From the IMG/VR virus record IMGVR_UViG_3300020362_000006, positions 1 through 54,055 of that record: a stretch of 54,055 nt of DNA; one strand, 5' to 3'. Source of the DNA: a virus. Lineage: Duplodnaviria; Caudoviricetes. Every line of letters begins with the position of its first letter. Position 1 is the first letter of the stretch. The notes under the pieces are model-generated. The model saw nothing but the letters and a program-made list of their open reading frames with translations. It made no database searches and was not told where the DNA came from. This document shows positions 19,500 to 30,427 of the stretch, piece after piece. The position numbers and the translations under genes are program-made.

Positions 19500-22400
19500 T
19501 GGCTGAACCACTTCAAGTAAACGACGAAGAGCAGACAACAAACGACCCTGTGGTTTTAACACAGGACGAAATAGCTACACAAGCTGTTCCTGCAGATGAG
19601 CAGTTAGCGCAAGAAACTCAGAAGATAGAGGATTTGCCTACTACAAGTTCGGGCATTCCACGTCTTACTATTGCACCTGTAACCCCACAACCAAAAGCTG
19701 GAGTTGAGGACACAACAACAAGAGTCGATGTACAAAAACGACCACCATTTATTCGCACTGAAACAAAAGAATTAGAACCTAAAGTTCAAGAAGAATTAGA
19801 ACGTAAGGCAGAGGCTACTGAACCTCAGACTTACGAATCTGTAATGAAACGTCTTGAAGCTGGGGAGACTGTAACTCTAGGCAACAAGACTTATGTTGGT
19901 CGCCCTACTGCCAGAGTAATCAAGAACAACGCCCAAGAACGAGTCTTGTTAAAAGGCCAGATAGCCCAGTACGGTATGCCGGGAGAGGTTCGCGAAGACC
20001 AACCAACTATCGCGTTTACTGACCCGGCTGCATCAAGTGTAGTTCTGCCTCAAGACATGACTGACCCTGATGAACGTGACCTTGCCACCACCTATGCTCA
20101 AGGCCGTATTGCTGTGAACAGTATGTTACAACAGACAATACCCGATAGAAATGTTCGTCAAATAATAGTGGACAACTATGTAACTGGGGACTTTTTTGCA
20201 AACCTTCAGGAAAGATTAGCTGAACAAGGTAGAGGTTTTGTCGCCGGATTACCTTTGTTGGGCGTGGAAGCTTATGGTGCACTAGAGGCTTTAGAAGACT
20301 ACAGTATGCGGGGCATTCCTTTTATGGATGCATGGGAAGCCCGTCGTCCAGAGCGTGAACGTCAAAGACAGAAGTACCTAGAAGGGCTTGATAATGTTTT
20401 GTCTGGGCCTACCCTTGCAATGCACTTCAACAATGAAGTAAACAGGATTGCAAAGGAACGGTTTGAAAACGGTACCATAACAGAAGAGCAGTACAATGAC
20501 ATTGCCTTTGTAGAGGTGGGCGGTGAACTGGTTCCAAAACAACACTTCGATGAGGATACAGCTTATCAGTTGATGGACCTTGCATTTAATGAAATGCCTG
20601 AAATAGCACAAATAGGCGTAATGCTTTCAGAGAACGCTGTCACAGGTGGTTTCTTCGGGGGCAGTAAAGCAGCAAAGGCTGAAAAGGAACTCAAGAAGCT
20701 TAAAAGATTAATAGCCGCCGATAAGACATTACAGAATTTACCATATTCACAAGTGGTTCAGGTTCTAAAACGAAGAGATACAAACTTTAAAGTAAACGAA
20801 AAACTGCTGGACATAGGCATTGGTCAAGAGAAAGTAAGCGACCAGTTAAAGGCTTCCTATGCTAAAATACAAGAATCCAATTCAAAACTTGAACAGATGG
20901 CTCTTGACGGGCTTGAGAAAACCGCAGATTACAAAATAGAATTGTCAAAAAGAGATAACTTGATACGTATGAGGAATCGTGCGTTTGTATCAGGTAAAAC
21001 TAGACCTTACCTAATTGCAGGAGCACGAGATGCTGCAGTAGTGTCCATAGGTCAATTCTACGCTCGTGATATTTTAGGAGAGTCAATTGACCCCGGTGCG
21101 GCAGAGGCTGTAGGATTTTTGGCTATGAATATGGGGGCTAAAGACCTTAGTGTATTTGCAGGTAAAAAAATAGCTTCTGGGGCGACATCTTTACTAGGAT
21201 TTACAGGAAACCAAGCTCTTAGAGTCACCCCTGACTTTTTAGGAAGTGGTGTTAGTATGTTCGGTAGAGTCGCTAACAAAGTCATACCTCTAGGGGACAC
21301 TACAGTCAACGACTATGAAAGGTTAGTTTTCGAACCGTTAAATGGTAAAAAGATGAACTTAAAGGAACGGGCTGCGTTACGACGCACAGTTGAACAGGTT
21401 CAAAAACTGTCACCAGAAAACAAAGAACGGTTCCTAGAAGATATCAGCAGAGTGGCTGACTTAGAAGACATAATACTAAGTACAAAGGCCTTTCCTGATG
21501 AAGCATCAAGAATGAGGGCACACCAACTATTTCAAATGTCTGTAGGGCAGGCTGCTGGAATAAGTATAACAGCGGCTGCTAATGCAGCAACTAGCATAAA
21601 CTATAAGCAACTAAGGAAAGAAGGTCTGAACACTCTGTTTGATGGAAAGATGGTGCAGCGGGACCAAATTGAACAAACTAAAATCGCTCTTGAAGCTTTT
21701 GCAAAGCACATAGCTGAGTTTGGAGACATCAATAGAACAGCCCCTATACGTAGAATGTTACAGGGGATGCAGGATATGGTTAATAAGCAGGAAGTAGCAA
21801 TACAAAGAGACTTCAGCATCATCAATCAAAATCTGGATACCTTTATTACAGCTAGTGCTGCTAACATACTGGAACCTGTTGATGAAACATTCATAACAAG
21901 TATGCGAGACATGAAGGTTCGTTTACAAGGCGTACTTAATGAAACCATAGATGAAGAAAAAGCTTTGAAAGAAGCGAATGCAGCTTGGGCAAAAGGTACG
22001 TCTCAAAAGATAGATGAAATAGAAGCATTAAGAAGAGACACATTACGGCACCGTAACGGATTGTCCAGATTACTAGAGCAACTTGCTTTAGGAAGGCTAG
22101 AGCAGCTAACTGCTCGTGGAGATGCAGCGTACGCCCGTCTTAATACATATATAAATACCACAGACAGACCCCCTATTGACATTGCAGAAGCAGTTCAAGA
22201 CATGATGAATATTGCTGGAGAGAGCGATATAATGTACATGTTTGGACGGGATGGTCTGTTTTTTACTTCAGCCGTTGGTAGAAAAGCCCAGCTTACTTTT
22301 AACAATATGGCCCAGAGAGCCTTTGATTCTATTGACCCTGAATTTAAAGAGTTTTTAGAAGCGAAGATAATAGAAAAGGGAATTGCAACCGCTGAACAAT

Positions 22401-24142
22401 TGCAAGCCATGAATAAGGTGGACTTTGCTTTGCTGGCCCACAGCACAGGTGCAATGAACATATTCGGAAATGTAACGTTGACTGAAGCTGATACCATGAG
22501 ACGTGCGTTCAGAGACTACGGCTACAAAGTAAAAAACAGTAATCCAGCCGTGGGGTCAAGGTTCAAAGAGTTTGCTGAGAAGTTAGACAATCTGATTGAA
22601 AGCCAAGACGAGGAAGGGTTCCAAGAGCTTCTTAAAGCTAGAGATGAGTACGCAGCCGCCGTAGGAGACACTATGCGTGAGGGGGGCACCTTTTACAAAC
22701 TAAAGCAATCTCGCGTAGGTGGTGAGAAAAAGAATCTGGCTTTGAACGCACCTACCACGTATTTCTATCGCACTTTTCAACCTACAGACTTGTTTGAAGA
22801 TGTGACAGATGGTGTTGACCGTCTTATGAGAAATCTTAATGACCGTAAAAAACTGGACGTTGCAGATGATTTAAATAGAGCCATTGCAGAACTTCAACAA
22901 GCTTTTGGTGACCCCGTTGATGGAAACATCATATTTGATTTAACGGATGAAGCAGTCTTAGAGAATTTTAATTTAATTCGCAGAGCTGTAACAGAGTCCT
23001 TACAGGACAGATGGTTTTCAGACTATATAAAGGCGGTTCGTAGCCCACGTGTTGGTGCTAAGATTAAGCCTGAAGAAACTTATAATTTTCAAAGGTCTAC
23101 TGACTTAGAATTCGTAAACCAAAATACCCAAGTATTGGTTAAACGATTTAATTCTAAAGGTGAAGTAGAAACTGTCCCGGTGCCCTTTCTAGATTTAGAT
23201 AGCCTATATAAAACAGAACGTTTGGAACTGGACCGTTTAGAAGAGGGCACTAAACTAGCACAAGGGTTCAAAGACTTCCAGACACGAGCTTCTACAACTA
23301 TGACCAGAATAAAGGCTGACGAAGCCCTTGTTAGTATGGAGAGAGGTCAGTCCTTAGAAACTATAAAGATACTTTCTAACTCTGATGACGGTGTGAAGTT
23401 CTTTGAAAAGTACATAGCAGGAACAGGAGAAGATATCAGCGTATTGAAAAATCGCTTTGTGTCAATTGCGACACAGCAAGGTAAAAGTAAAGCCCAAGCT
23501 GAAAAGACATTTGATGAGGGTGTTAAAGCTTTGACATTCCAAGGTCTGCTTGCTCGTGGTGGTTACAGAGCGAACGATGCTTTAGATACAGCCCTTGATG
23601 GTAGTGAATACGCTGGTAAGACATTCCATGATTCACTTAGCCTAGTCGAGACTCTTAAAAACCCCGATGTTCAAGAGAACATGTTGGAGGTATTTGACCC
23701 CGAACACATAGAATACATAAATGCTATTGCAGCCTACGTGCATATACAGTCTGCTCGTGCTCTTGTTTTAAGCGGTGGTGTCAGAGGAATATCAACAACA
23801 GAAGCTTTGAGCCGCGCTTACAATATTGCAAGGGAAATGGTTAGCCCTCTGTATGTAGGCTCTGAAATTGCAGTTCGTATAATGCAAGAGATGGGAGCAG
23901 AAACCCTGATGATGGCATTAGACAGTAAAGATGCCGGACGTATTATGCGAAACATTTTAGAGTTCCCAGAGTTAGTGACCCCACAAGACCTGAAAAAGTT
24001 TGACACTTATCTAATTCAATTTATGATAACTCATGCTACGCGAACCGGGCAGGAAGCCGTGGTTCGTAAATACCTAGACATAGACCCTTTTGATGGAGAT
24101 GAAGATGAACAAGAAACTGAAACCAGTCCCAGCGGACAATAA
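19499..24142 (+). CDS. Large internal virion (ejection) protein
   Basis: 1547 aa helical, last large gene of structural operon as in T7-like podoviruses. Confidence 0.65.
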   Translation: MAEPLQVNDEEQTTNDPVVLTQDEIATQAVPADEQLAQETQKIEDLPTTSSGIPRLTIAPVTPQPKAGVEDTTTRVDVQKRPPFIRTETKELEPKVQEELERKAEATEPQTYESVMKRLEAGETVTLGNKTYVGRPTARVIKNNAQERVLLKGQIAQYGMPGEVREDQPTIAFTDPAASSVVLPQDMTDPDERDLATTYAQGRIAVNSMLQQTIPDRNVRQIIVDNYVTGDFFANLQERLAEQGRGFVAGLPLLGVEAYGALEALEDYSMRGIPFMDAWEARRPERERQRQKYLEGLDNVLSGPTLAMHFNNEVNRIAKERFENGTITEEQYNDIAFVEVGGELVPKQHFDEDTAYQLMDLAFNEMPEIAQIGVMLSENAVTGGFFGGSKAAKAEKELKKLKRLIAADKTLQNLPYSQVVQVLKRRDTNFKVNEKLLDIGIGQEKVSDQLKASYAKIQESNSKLEQMALDGLEKTADYKIELSKRDNLIRMRNRAFVSGKTRPYLIAGARDAAVVSIGQFYARDILGESIDPGAAEAVGFLAMNMGAKDLSVFAGKKIASGATSLLGFTGNQALRVTPDFLGSGVSMFGRVANKVIPLGDTTVNDYERLVFEPLNGKKMNLKERAALRRTVEQVQKLSPENKERFLEDISRVADLEDIILSTKAFPDEASRMRAHQLFQMSVGQAAGISITAAANAATSINYKQLRKEGLNTLFDGKMVQRDQIEQTKIALEAFAKHIAEFGDINRTAPIRRMLQGMQDMVNKQEVAIQRDFSIINQNLDTFITASAANILEPVDETFITSMRDMKVRLQGVLNETIDEEKALKEANAAWAKGTSQKIDEIEALRRDTLRHRNGLSRLLEQLALGRLEQLTARGDAAYARLNTYINTTDRPPIDIAEAVQDMMNIAGESDIMYMFGRDGLFFTSAVGRKAQLTFNNMAQRAFDSIDPEFKEFLEAKIIEKGIATAEQLQAMNKVDFALLAHSTGAMNIFGNVTLTEADTMRRAFRDYGYKVKNSNPAVGSRFKEFAEKLDNLIESQDEEGFQELLKARDEYAAAVGDTMREGGTFYKLKQSRVGGEKKNLALNAPTTYFYRTFQPTDLFEDVTDGVDRLMRNLNDRKKLDVADDLNRAIAELQQAFGDPVDGNIIFDLTDEAVLENFNLIRRAVTESLQDRWFSDYIKAVRSPRVGAKIKPEETYNFQRSTDLEFVNQNTQVLVKRFNSKGEVETVPVPFLDLDSLYKTERLELDRLEEGTKLAQGFKDFQTRASTTMTRIKADEALVSMERGQSLETIKILSNSDDGVKFFEKYIAGTGEDISVLKNRFVSIATQQGKSKAQAEKTFDEGVKALTFQGLLARGGYRANDALDTALDGSEYAGKTFHDSLSLVETLKNPDVQENMLEVFDPEHIEYINAIAAYVHIQSARALVLSGGVRGISTTEALSRAYNIAREMVSPLYVGSEIAVRIMQEMGAETLMMALDSKDAGRIMRNILEFPELVTPQDLKKFDTYLIQFMITHATRTGQEAVVRKYLDIDPFDGDEDEQETETSPSGQ

Positions 24143-24368
24143 AGGCTTGGGCAAACTGCCTACAAAGGTACGCAACAATATGGGCTACATGGCCTACGGC
24201 GGCAAGACCAAGAAGAAGGGCTATGCTTATGGCTCAATGGTTCGCAGCCCTATGACATCTGAAAACAAGATGCGGAGTGATATGAATCCTATGGAGCCTC
24301 GTCAACAGCAAGGCGGTATGCAGACAGCTATGGGTATGCCAAAGATGCGCTACGGCGGTAAAAGCTAG
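24105..24368 (+). CDS. Small basic protein with YGGK motifs
   Basis: SD GGAGA; NKGLGKLP..VRNNMGYMAYGGK. Confidence 0.7.
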   Translation: MNKKLKPVPADNKGLGKLPTKVRNNMGYMAYGGKTKKKGYAYGSMVRSPMTSENKMRSDMNPMEPRQQQGGMQTAMGMPKMRYGGKS

Positions 24369-24589
24369 ATATACCTACTAGACTTCTCTATCATCTCATC
24401 TCCCATAGATTTCAAGTAACGAAGAAGACTTGCCACCTTGAAGGTTCCTTCATATTCTGGCAGGTCTTTTTCCATTACGGAAACGAACTGGTCAGGGTTC
24501 ACTGAATCCATATCCAATTCCACATTTCCTTTGTCGTTTAGTGTAGCTGTTAATTTGAACAGTTCAGCTTTAGGACGCTTGTTGCTCAT
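24365..24589 (-). CDS. Hypothetical protein
   Basis: 74 aa, last gene of leftward operon, convergent stop overlap. Confidence 0.7.
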   Translation of the reverse strand: MSNKRPKAELFKLTATLNDKGNVELDMDSVNPDQFVSVMEKDLPEYEGTFKVASLLRYLKSMGDEMIEKSSRYI

Positions 24590-24995
24590 TCTTGTACGCC
24601 TTGATTACATCTGATGAAAACAACTTCTGTATGTTCAGAAGGTACATCCGTGAAGCGTTGTGGTCACCACCGCTCACGGTTTTTTTATAGTCTAGATTAT
24701 CTATGATGCGTTTCAATGACGGTACGTCGAACACGAGGGTTGCAAAAGTCTCATCCCCGATACAAAGGTTGTGGAACCAGTAGTCTGCTTCTGTAGCAGC
24801 GATGCCGCTGGGCTTGCCATAGGATTCGTATTCGATGGCTATGTTGCCTGTTCGAATCCACATGTCCCGTTCTGACTTCACTTCTACCTTCTTGTCTGTC
24901 AACATGTCGGCAACCCGCTGTTCGCGAACCTTGCCATATGCTAAATCCAAATCAAACTTCTTGCGGTCGCAAACCGCTGGTTCCATGCTGGACAT
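24570..24995 (-). CDS. Conserved phage protein, possible PD-(D/E)xK fold
   Basis: VEVKSERD..TGNIAIEY..PSGI motif. Confidence 0.65.
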   Translation of the reverse strand: MSSMEPAVCDRKKFDLDLAYGKVREQRVADMLTDKKVEVKSERDMWIRTGNIAIEYESYGKPSGIAATEADYWFHNLCIGDETFATLVFDVPSLKRIIDNLDYKKTVSGGDHNASRMYLLNIQKLFSSDVIKAYKNEQQAS

Positions 24996-25004
24996 TCCTA
25001 CCCC

Positions 25005-26933
25005 CTATGCCGCACTTAAATCTACAACTTCACAGACGCCAGCCGTACAGGCCAGTTCCCGCGAACCACTAGTATTATCTTCTTTTTCGAACTCTGTCAA
25101 CTTGTTCCAGTCAATGTGAACATGTTTGTACATCTGCTCCCACTCAAGGTATTCGTCAGGTTCGATATCCTGATAAGGAGCCTGTTGATAGGTGTGGTCA
25201 CTATGCGGAAGGAACGATACACCAGAGGCAACGTCAAAGTTCTCATAGACCCAAGCACCCACATCCATCCACTCATGTTCCTTTACAGTCACAGTAATAG
25301 ATGGCTTGTGCTCACACCAGTGAATCGCGTAGGTCTTCCACAACTCTAGCTGTTCAATAGCAGTCATCTGAGTTCGCGTGACGGCACCTTTTGGTGATTT
25401 CATAGGGAAGCTGAACACGGTTGTTGAATCCGGCTTCATCATATCACGCTCATTGTGAACACCTTCGTTAATCAGAAACTGTGTTAGCGGGTCTTTATTA
25501 TCCCCGCGAACGGTTCTGATGAAGTGGTCGTTGTGTCTTGCATGTATCCCGCTTGCTGCGTCCACCAGTTGCGACACAGTACCCGACGGCTTTACACAGG
25601 TGATTGCAGTGCTCTGCGGGATTCCAAGCATGTTCGCAAACTTCTTGTTTGTGTCCACTGCGGTTTGTCGCATTTCTTCTAGCCAACGCTTGCTGTCTAC
25701 ATTTTTGGATAAAACGGGATGGTCCATGATACCAGTCAAGGACACACCTAACAAACGCTCTTCCTCTGTGTTGTCTTTCCATATCTTCCTCAAGTATTTG
25801 AAGTCAGTCAAAGTAGATTGAAGAGTCCCAAGAATTGTAGCTAGACGAACTTTACGATTCAAGTCATCCAGTGAGTCTGTTTCACGAACAACAACCTCTG
25901 ACAGATTACAGAACTGATAGCCACGAAGAATAATCTCCGAACACGGATTAGTTCCCCACATATGACCCTTCTCACGGCGTCCGTTGCGGCCCACTTGTTT
26001 GTCTGCCGCCTCACGGTTGAACATGCCACGCTCACCAGACTTACTGTCATACAGCGCAAGCCATTCTCGCATGAACGTACCCATCTCAGGCTTCTGCTTA
26101 TAGGCTACAGAGTTGTTCGCCAACGCACGTTGTGGCTCTGTTTCCCACCACATACCTGACTTAGCGTGTGCCATTTGGTCATCGTTTAGGTTCGACAAGC
26201 TAATCAAAGCAGAGCGGCGAACCCCGCCCACAACTACAATCTCACCAATCTTACACATAAGGTCGTGGCATTCGATAGGGAACAGCCTACGGCCTTTTGC
26301 CTTTTTAAACGTTTCAACAGTAAAGTTAAACAGGTCTGCAAGAGGTTGTGGGCCGCTTGCACGTCCACCCATAATCTTCAGACGCTCACCTGCTGGGCGA
26401 ACATTGGACATATCCCAAGTAGGAATTTGACCTGCGTACAGTAACGCAATCAGTTCGCGGAGTGCCTTTGCCCACCCCGGCTTGCTATCGCCTACGGTTA
26501 TAACGATGTCAGAATCCCCAAAATTGTCAGATACCACAGGAAGTCTATCAACATTTTCTCTCTCCACACTAAACCCAACACCAGTACCACACATCAAAAT
26601 ATACATACACTCATCGAACGCACGAGGACTATCGACAGGTATGTAGCTACAATTATAACCACAGATATTGTCACGGGCTAATGCTGACCCTGCAGTCATC
26701 ATGGCTCTCATGCTAGGCATAACCTCTAAACTCAGGATACCATCCCGAATCTGTTCGACTACTTTCTTATCTAACTTAACATTGCACTTGCCTTGAATCT
26801 GGTTTTCCATAAAGCCGACATAGCGGTCTACAGTCTCATCCCAATTCTCACGGCGACCTTCATCGTCTAGCCAACGAGCATAACGCGACTTATGGATGAA
26901 TTGTTGATATACGGTAGGTAGGTGGTTGTTCAT
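25005..26933 (-). CDS. nrdJ: Class II (adenosylcobalamin) ribonucleotide reductase
   Basis: YNCSY, GGVRRSA, TNPCSEI, KPSGTVS, C-terminal CTAGVC; no beta subunit gene. Confidence 0.9.
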   Translation of the reverse strand: MNNHLPTVYQQFIHKSRYARWLDDEGRRENWDETVDRYVGFMENQIQGKCNVKLDKKVVEQIRDGILSLEVMPSMRAMMTAGSALARDNICGYNCSYIPVDSPRAFDECMYILMCGTGVGFSVERENVDRLPVVSDNFGDSDIVITVGDSKPGWAKALRELIALLYAGQIPTWDMSNVRPAGERLKIMGGRASGPQPLADLFNFTVETFKKAKGRRLFPIECHDLMCKIGEIVVVGGVRRSALISLSNLNDDQMAHAKSGMWWETEPQRALANNSVAYKQKPEMGTFMREWLALYDSKSGERGMFNREAADKQVGRNGRREKGHMWGTNPCSEIILRGYQFCNLSEVVVRETDSLDDLNRKVRLATILGTLQSTLTDFKYLRKIWKDNTEEERLLGVSLTGIMDHPVLSKNVDSKRWLEEMRQTAVDTNKKFANMLGIPQSTAITCVKPSGTVSQLVDAASGIHARHNDHFIRTVRGDNKDPLTQFLINEGVHNERDMMKPDSTTVFSFPMKSPKGAVTRTQMTAIEQLELWKTYAIHWCEHKPSITVTVKEHEWMDVGAWVYENFDVASGVSFLPHSDHTYQQAPYQDIEPDEYLEWEQMYKHVHIDWNKLTEFEKEDNTSGSRELACTAGVCEVVDLSAA

Positions 26934-27205
26934 TCGTCGTCTCCTCTGACCTCAATTAGTTTGTCAAGATACCATCTTGCTTTTAGTAAATCTTCCGAAC
27001 CGTTCTTATAGCGGTATCTCCAAAGATATTTAAGTATGTTTCCTTGAAGGTAATATTCGAACCCTTCATCAGTAGCAGCTTGTATTGCATCAACGCACTC
27101 AATGCCTGTTTGATTGTAGTGCGGTGGGCTGTTGACCATATCTACATTGCCGTAGGCTTCTTTCCCAGCCTGCTCCATCTGTCTCATGTATTCTTCATGT
27201 CTCAT
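26930..27205 (-). CDS. DUF3310 / T7 gp1.7-like protein
   Basis: VNSPPHY..IECVDAI..GNILKYLWRY..EDLLKARWYL. Confidence 0.85.
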   Translation of the reverse strand: MRHEEYMRQMEQAGKEAYGNVDMVNSPPHYNQTGIECVDAIQAATDEGFEYYLQGNILKYLWRYRYKNGSEDLLKARWYLDKLIEVRGDDE

Positions 27206-27531
27206 CTGTCGTCTCCATCACCAGACAACTTGCCACGTTCTTTACGGCTTTGCAACTTTTTTAAATTGGTTTCAGCTATAGTTTCAAGGTCTGTTTCCAG
27301 AACCTCTGCCATAGCTGCAACGTACCACAAAACATCCCCAAGTTCTGCACGAACCTCGTTTAGCTTGTATGGCAATTGTTCTTTAGTGTATCCATCTCTG
27401 ACAAACTTTTTAACCTTGTTTGCTATCTCTCCGGCCTCACCTGACAAGCCTAACGCTGTGTAGATGTAGCCATCTCTGGTGGGAAATATTGCAGTCTGCA
27501 TTGCCTGTTTTTGATAATCGTTTAGTTTCAT
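27202..27531 (-). CDS. mazG: MazG-like NTP pyrophosphohydrolase
   Basis: GLSGEAGEIANKVKK and ELGDVLWY motifs. Confidence 0.9.
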   Translation of the reverse strand: MKLNDYQKQAMQTAIFPTRDGYIYTALGLSGEAGEIANKVKKFVRDGYTKEQLPYKLNEVRAELGDVLWYVAAMAEVLETDLETIAETNLKKLQSRKERGKLSGDGDDR

Positions 27532-27884
27532 TGCTTTGTTCCAAAATCTACTTTAACTACGTTTTCGTCACGGCCTGTGATTCGGTCACGAGGTTCTATC
27601 TCTATGCCTTCGTCTTCCAACTCTTCCAGTATGTCTTCTTTCATACTGTTGAAATGTATACGGGCCAAGCCAGCCTGTAACAATCTTTCGAAATCATTCT
27701 CCAACAATTCGATTATGCCCTGCTGTGCTACGAACCCTGCATCAATGTAGTCTTCGTTATCTGGTGCAGGGCGGGTTGTATCATAGGCGGTCATCCTAAA
27801 ATTGTCATCATCTACTTTATTAAGTATGATGTACCACCGTTCAGGTAAAAGGCTGGCTACTTCATAATCACGTTCATCAGTCAT
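27528..27884 (-). CDS. Hypothetical acidic protein
   Basis: Start MTDERDY with SD GAGGAG; C-terminal NVVKVDF. Confidence 0.7.
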   Translation of the reverse strand: MTDERDYEVASLLPERWYIILNKVDDDNFRMTAYDTTRPAPDNEDYIDAGFVAQQGIIELLENDFERLLQAGLARIHFNSMKEDILEELEDEGIEIEPRDRITGRDENVVKVDFGTKQ

Positions 27885-28248
27885 CTTTAAACCACTCCTC
27901 TGGTATACCGCCCTCTGCCCAAGGAAAGCCATAGCGGTTCGCCCAGTCTGCGTAGGTGGTTTTGCTACCCCGATATATCTTGTTACGGGCACGTTGGAAT
28001 ACAAAGCGTATGTCAAGTTCGGGATGCTGTTGCTTGATTAACTGCATCTTAACACGGTCACCTTTGTCTAGGTTACCTTTGGCTTCTATGTAGATGTCTT
28101 GTTCAGGTAAATAAAAATCAGGAGTGTAGGTTCGCGGCTTGGGTATGTAAGTAAATTTTGCATTCTCATATTCAAACGCAATATTTTTTTCAGAAAGAGA
28201 CTTGGCTAACCCAATCTCAAAGTGTGACCTGTACTTTGTACCCCTCAT
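27877..28248 (-). CDS. Endonuclease I / Holliday-junction resolvase (T7 gp3-like)
   Basis: YRSHFE..FEYE..YTPDF..IEAKG; ATGA-coupled start at 28248. Confidence 0.9.
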   Translation of the reverse strand: MRGTKYRSHFEIGLAKSLSEKNIAFEYENAKFTYIPKPRTYTPDFYLPEQDIYIEAKGNLDKGDRVKMQLIKQQHPELDIRFVFQRARNKIYRGSKTTYADWANRYGFPWAEGGIPEEWFKDD

Positions 28249-28640
28249 AATCCTTGCAACGGAAACCCCGCCTTTACCCCTTCTAGCCTTTTCAATAGAT
28301 ACTGTTCTACTTTTGGTGATTGCTTTTTTAGCTGTTCTAGTTCTTGGGACAACGCTAATGTCGGTAGACATACAGTTACCCCCTGCCGTAAATGATGAAC
28401 AATATTCTGAAACTCCTCTTCAATAAGGCGGATGTCTCGCGCTTCGGTTCGCGAATCCAAAGAACCGTCTGATGAAAAATTATTACGTAAAGTAAGAGGT
28501 AGGCTAATTTCTAACTGACGAACCCGTACAGTAGAACGACCACCCCCACGACGCTCATGTGATTCTACGAACACACAACGCAACTCTGGATTGAGTTCGA
28601 ATAGTTCGTGGGGGTACTCTCTTGTGTAGACTACAGGCAT
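28245..28640 (-). CDS. Hypothetical protein
   Basis: 131 aa, overlapping start/stop on both sides. Confidence 0.65.
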   Translation of the reverse strand: MPVVYTREYPHELFELNPELRCVFVESHERRGGGRSTVRVRQLEISLPLTLRNNFSSDGSLDSRTEARDIRLIEEEFQNIVHHLRQGVTVCLPTLALSQELEQLKKQSPKVEQYLLKRLEGVKAGFPLQGL

Positions 28641-29533
28641 CAGGCCACGTCTTTCTTGACCAGCTTAGTGTACCATACATGTGGTTTAAACTTAGCTTTG
28701 GATGTAGCTTTTGGCGCATAGACAGCGTTCTTCCAACACATCTCTTTGAACGAACAGAACGAACAGGTTTTGGGCATGAGACGGTTGCCTGTCTCCACTT
28801 TTTGCCTGTCGATAGTAACGTATTCAGGTTCAGACTGAAACGGCACCTTAAACGGCGCGTCCTCTGCAATAGCCTTAACACGCTTGTTCGCATCTTCCAG
28901 ATACGCCTTGCGGTCTTCGCTCTGTTCCTCTGGTGCCTCGACAAAGTCCCATTCACCAGTTGACTTGTTAATTACAATCCAACCACCGAACCGTTTCTTT
29001 TCAGATTCACCATAGAGATGACCTTGCATGACGTAACCAAACGGGTCATCCTCTTTGATTACATCATAACCACCACGCCCAGAGAACTTGTTTTCGAACG
29101 ACCATGGGCTGGCAGTCTTGATATCCCAGACCTCTTCCTCTCCGTCTATGTCAAGGATTACGTCCAGTGTACCGTTGACGGTTTGCCCAGCAAGTTCAAG
29201 GGAACACTTCTTCTGTTCGTCAACTACCTTTAGCCCTGCCGCTTTCATAACAAGCACAGCAAAAGCTTCTAGCAAGTCTCCAGTTGCGAACCGCACGATA
29301 TCATTGTAGGCAACGTCTTGAGTGTGGCCCTGCTTCTCTAGCTGTTGCTGACAAAGCGGACGACCTACACCTGACATCCTGATACGATAGTCACCACGGT
29401 CTGAGAATTGTTTACGCATAGCCGCCTTACAATCCTCACCGAACTGTTCTATCAAAGGTTCAAGGCGGGAAGAGTCTATCTCCCCCCGCCCTGCTCTCTG
29501 AAGGAAGTTTTGTACTTCAATGAGAGGTAGCAT
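28640..29533 (-). CDS. PD-(D/E)xK exonuclease (Cas4-like Cys pattern)
   Basis: RMSGVGRPLC, GTLDV..WDIKT, Q..Y, C-terminal CSFC..C. Confidence 0.8.
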   Translation of the reverse strand: MLPLIEVQNFLQRAGRGEIDSSRLEPLIEQFGEDCKAAMRKQFSDRGDYRIRMSGVGRPLCQQQLEKQGHTQDVAYNDIVRFATGDLLEAFAVLVMKAAGLKVVDEQKKCSLELAGQTVNGTLDVILDIDGEEEVWDIKTASPWSFENKFSGRGGYDVIKEDDPFGYVMQGHLYGESEKKRFGGWIVINKSTGEWDFVEAPEEQSEDRKAYLEDANKRVKAIAEDAPFKVPFQSEPEYVTIDRQKVETGNRLMPKTCSFCSFKEMCWKNAVYAPKATSKAKFKPHVWYTKLVKKDVA

Positions 29534-29535
29534 GA

Positions 29536-30390
29536 CTAGCCAGCCAAACGAGCCGACAGGTCAACATCATCTGAAGAGGCAGTTGCCTTTTGGGATGCCT
29601 TGTACTCATTGAATACAGTTTCGTTGTGGCCTTTTACAGTGTCCTTAAACTGTTCGTAAAGAGCCTCATCATCCTTGGTGAACTCAACTTCTTTGACCAA
29701 AGCCAGAGTTGGAGTCCAGTAGATAACGCCACCATTCTTCTGCTTCTCTGTACCTAGTTCAATCACCACGTTGTGCATCAGCTTCTTTTTAGCTGTGAGC
29801 GTCTTCTGAATGAAGTCACTAACAGGGCGGAAGCCTGACCGCTTGAAGTAGGCAACGAATGGCATACCCTCAATAGGGGCGGCTGTACCGTCCGCAAGAG
29901 TGGCTTCAGGAGAATCGATGATACCATAGATTACCTGATTACAATTCACAGAGCGGCTCAAAAGAGTTCGTGGGTCATCTGCACCAAAGGCCTCTTCCTC
30001 TTGTTTAGAGAGGCGTCCACACTTGTTACCACCAGCCGTGTCAGGAAAGTCACCTGCCAGCTTGGTTTTCTGTACAGACTTGCAAGAGAACTTACCTTCT
30101 TCTTGGTCCCATACAGACCATTCGTAGGTACGCAGCAGTGGGCGAATCTGTACTTTATCTGAATAGGTCACGGCAGAACCGTTCCAGATACGCCACGAAC
30201 CACGTCGTAGCTGTACACCTTCATCAGTCTCTGTGTCATAGTTAATAGTCAGACGGGGCAACCCAAGCTTTGGTTTGTTGTCTGAATCTGCCTGACCAGT
30301 CATTTCCATAATGGCATCGACGTTACCACTTTGCATAGCGGTCAGCATATTATCAAGGTCATCATTTATCATTTGTAATTCATTGCTCAT
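29536..30390 (-). CDS. Probable single-stranded DNA-binding protein
   Basis: LPRLTIN motif, acidic tail, position between polymerase and exonuclease. Confidence 0.55.
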   Translation of the reverse strand: MSNELQMINDDLDNMLTAMQSGNVDAIMEMTGQADSDNKPKLGLPRLTINYDTETDEGVQLRRGSWRIWNGSAVTYSDKVQIRPLLRTYEWSVWDQEEGKFSCKSVQKTKLAGDFPDTAGGNKCGRLSKQEEEAFGADDPRTLLSRSVNCNQVIYGIIDSPEATLADGTAAPIEGMPFVAYFKRSGFRPVSDFIQKTLTAKKKLMHNVVIELGTEKQKNGGVIYWTPTLALVKEVEFTKDDEALYEQFKDTVKGHNETVFNEYKASQKATASSDDVDLSARLAG

Positions 30391-30427
30391 GTCGTTTCTC
30401 CTTATATGAGCGTTAAGCGTACATGGA

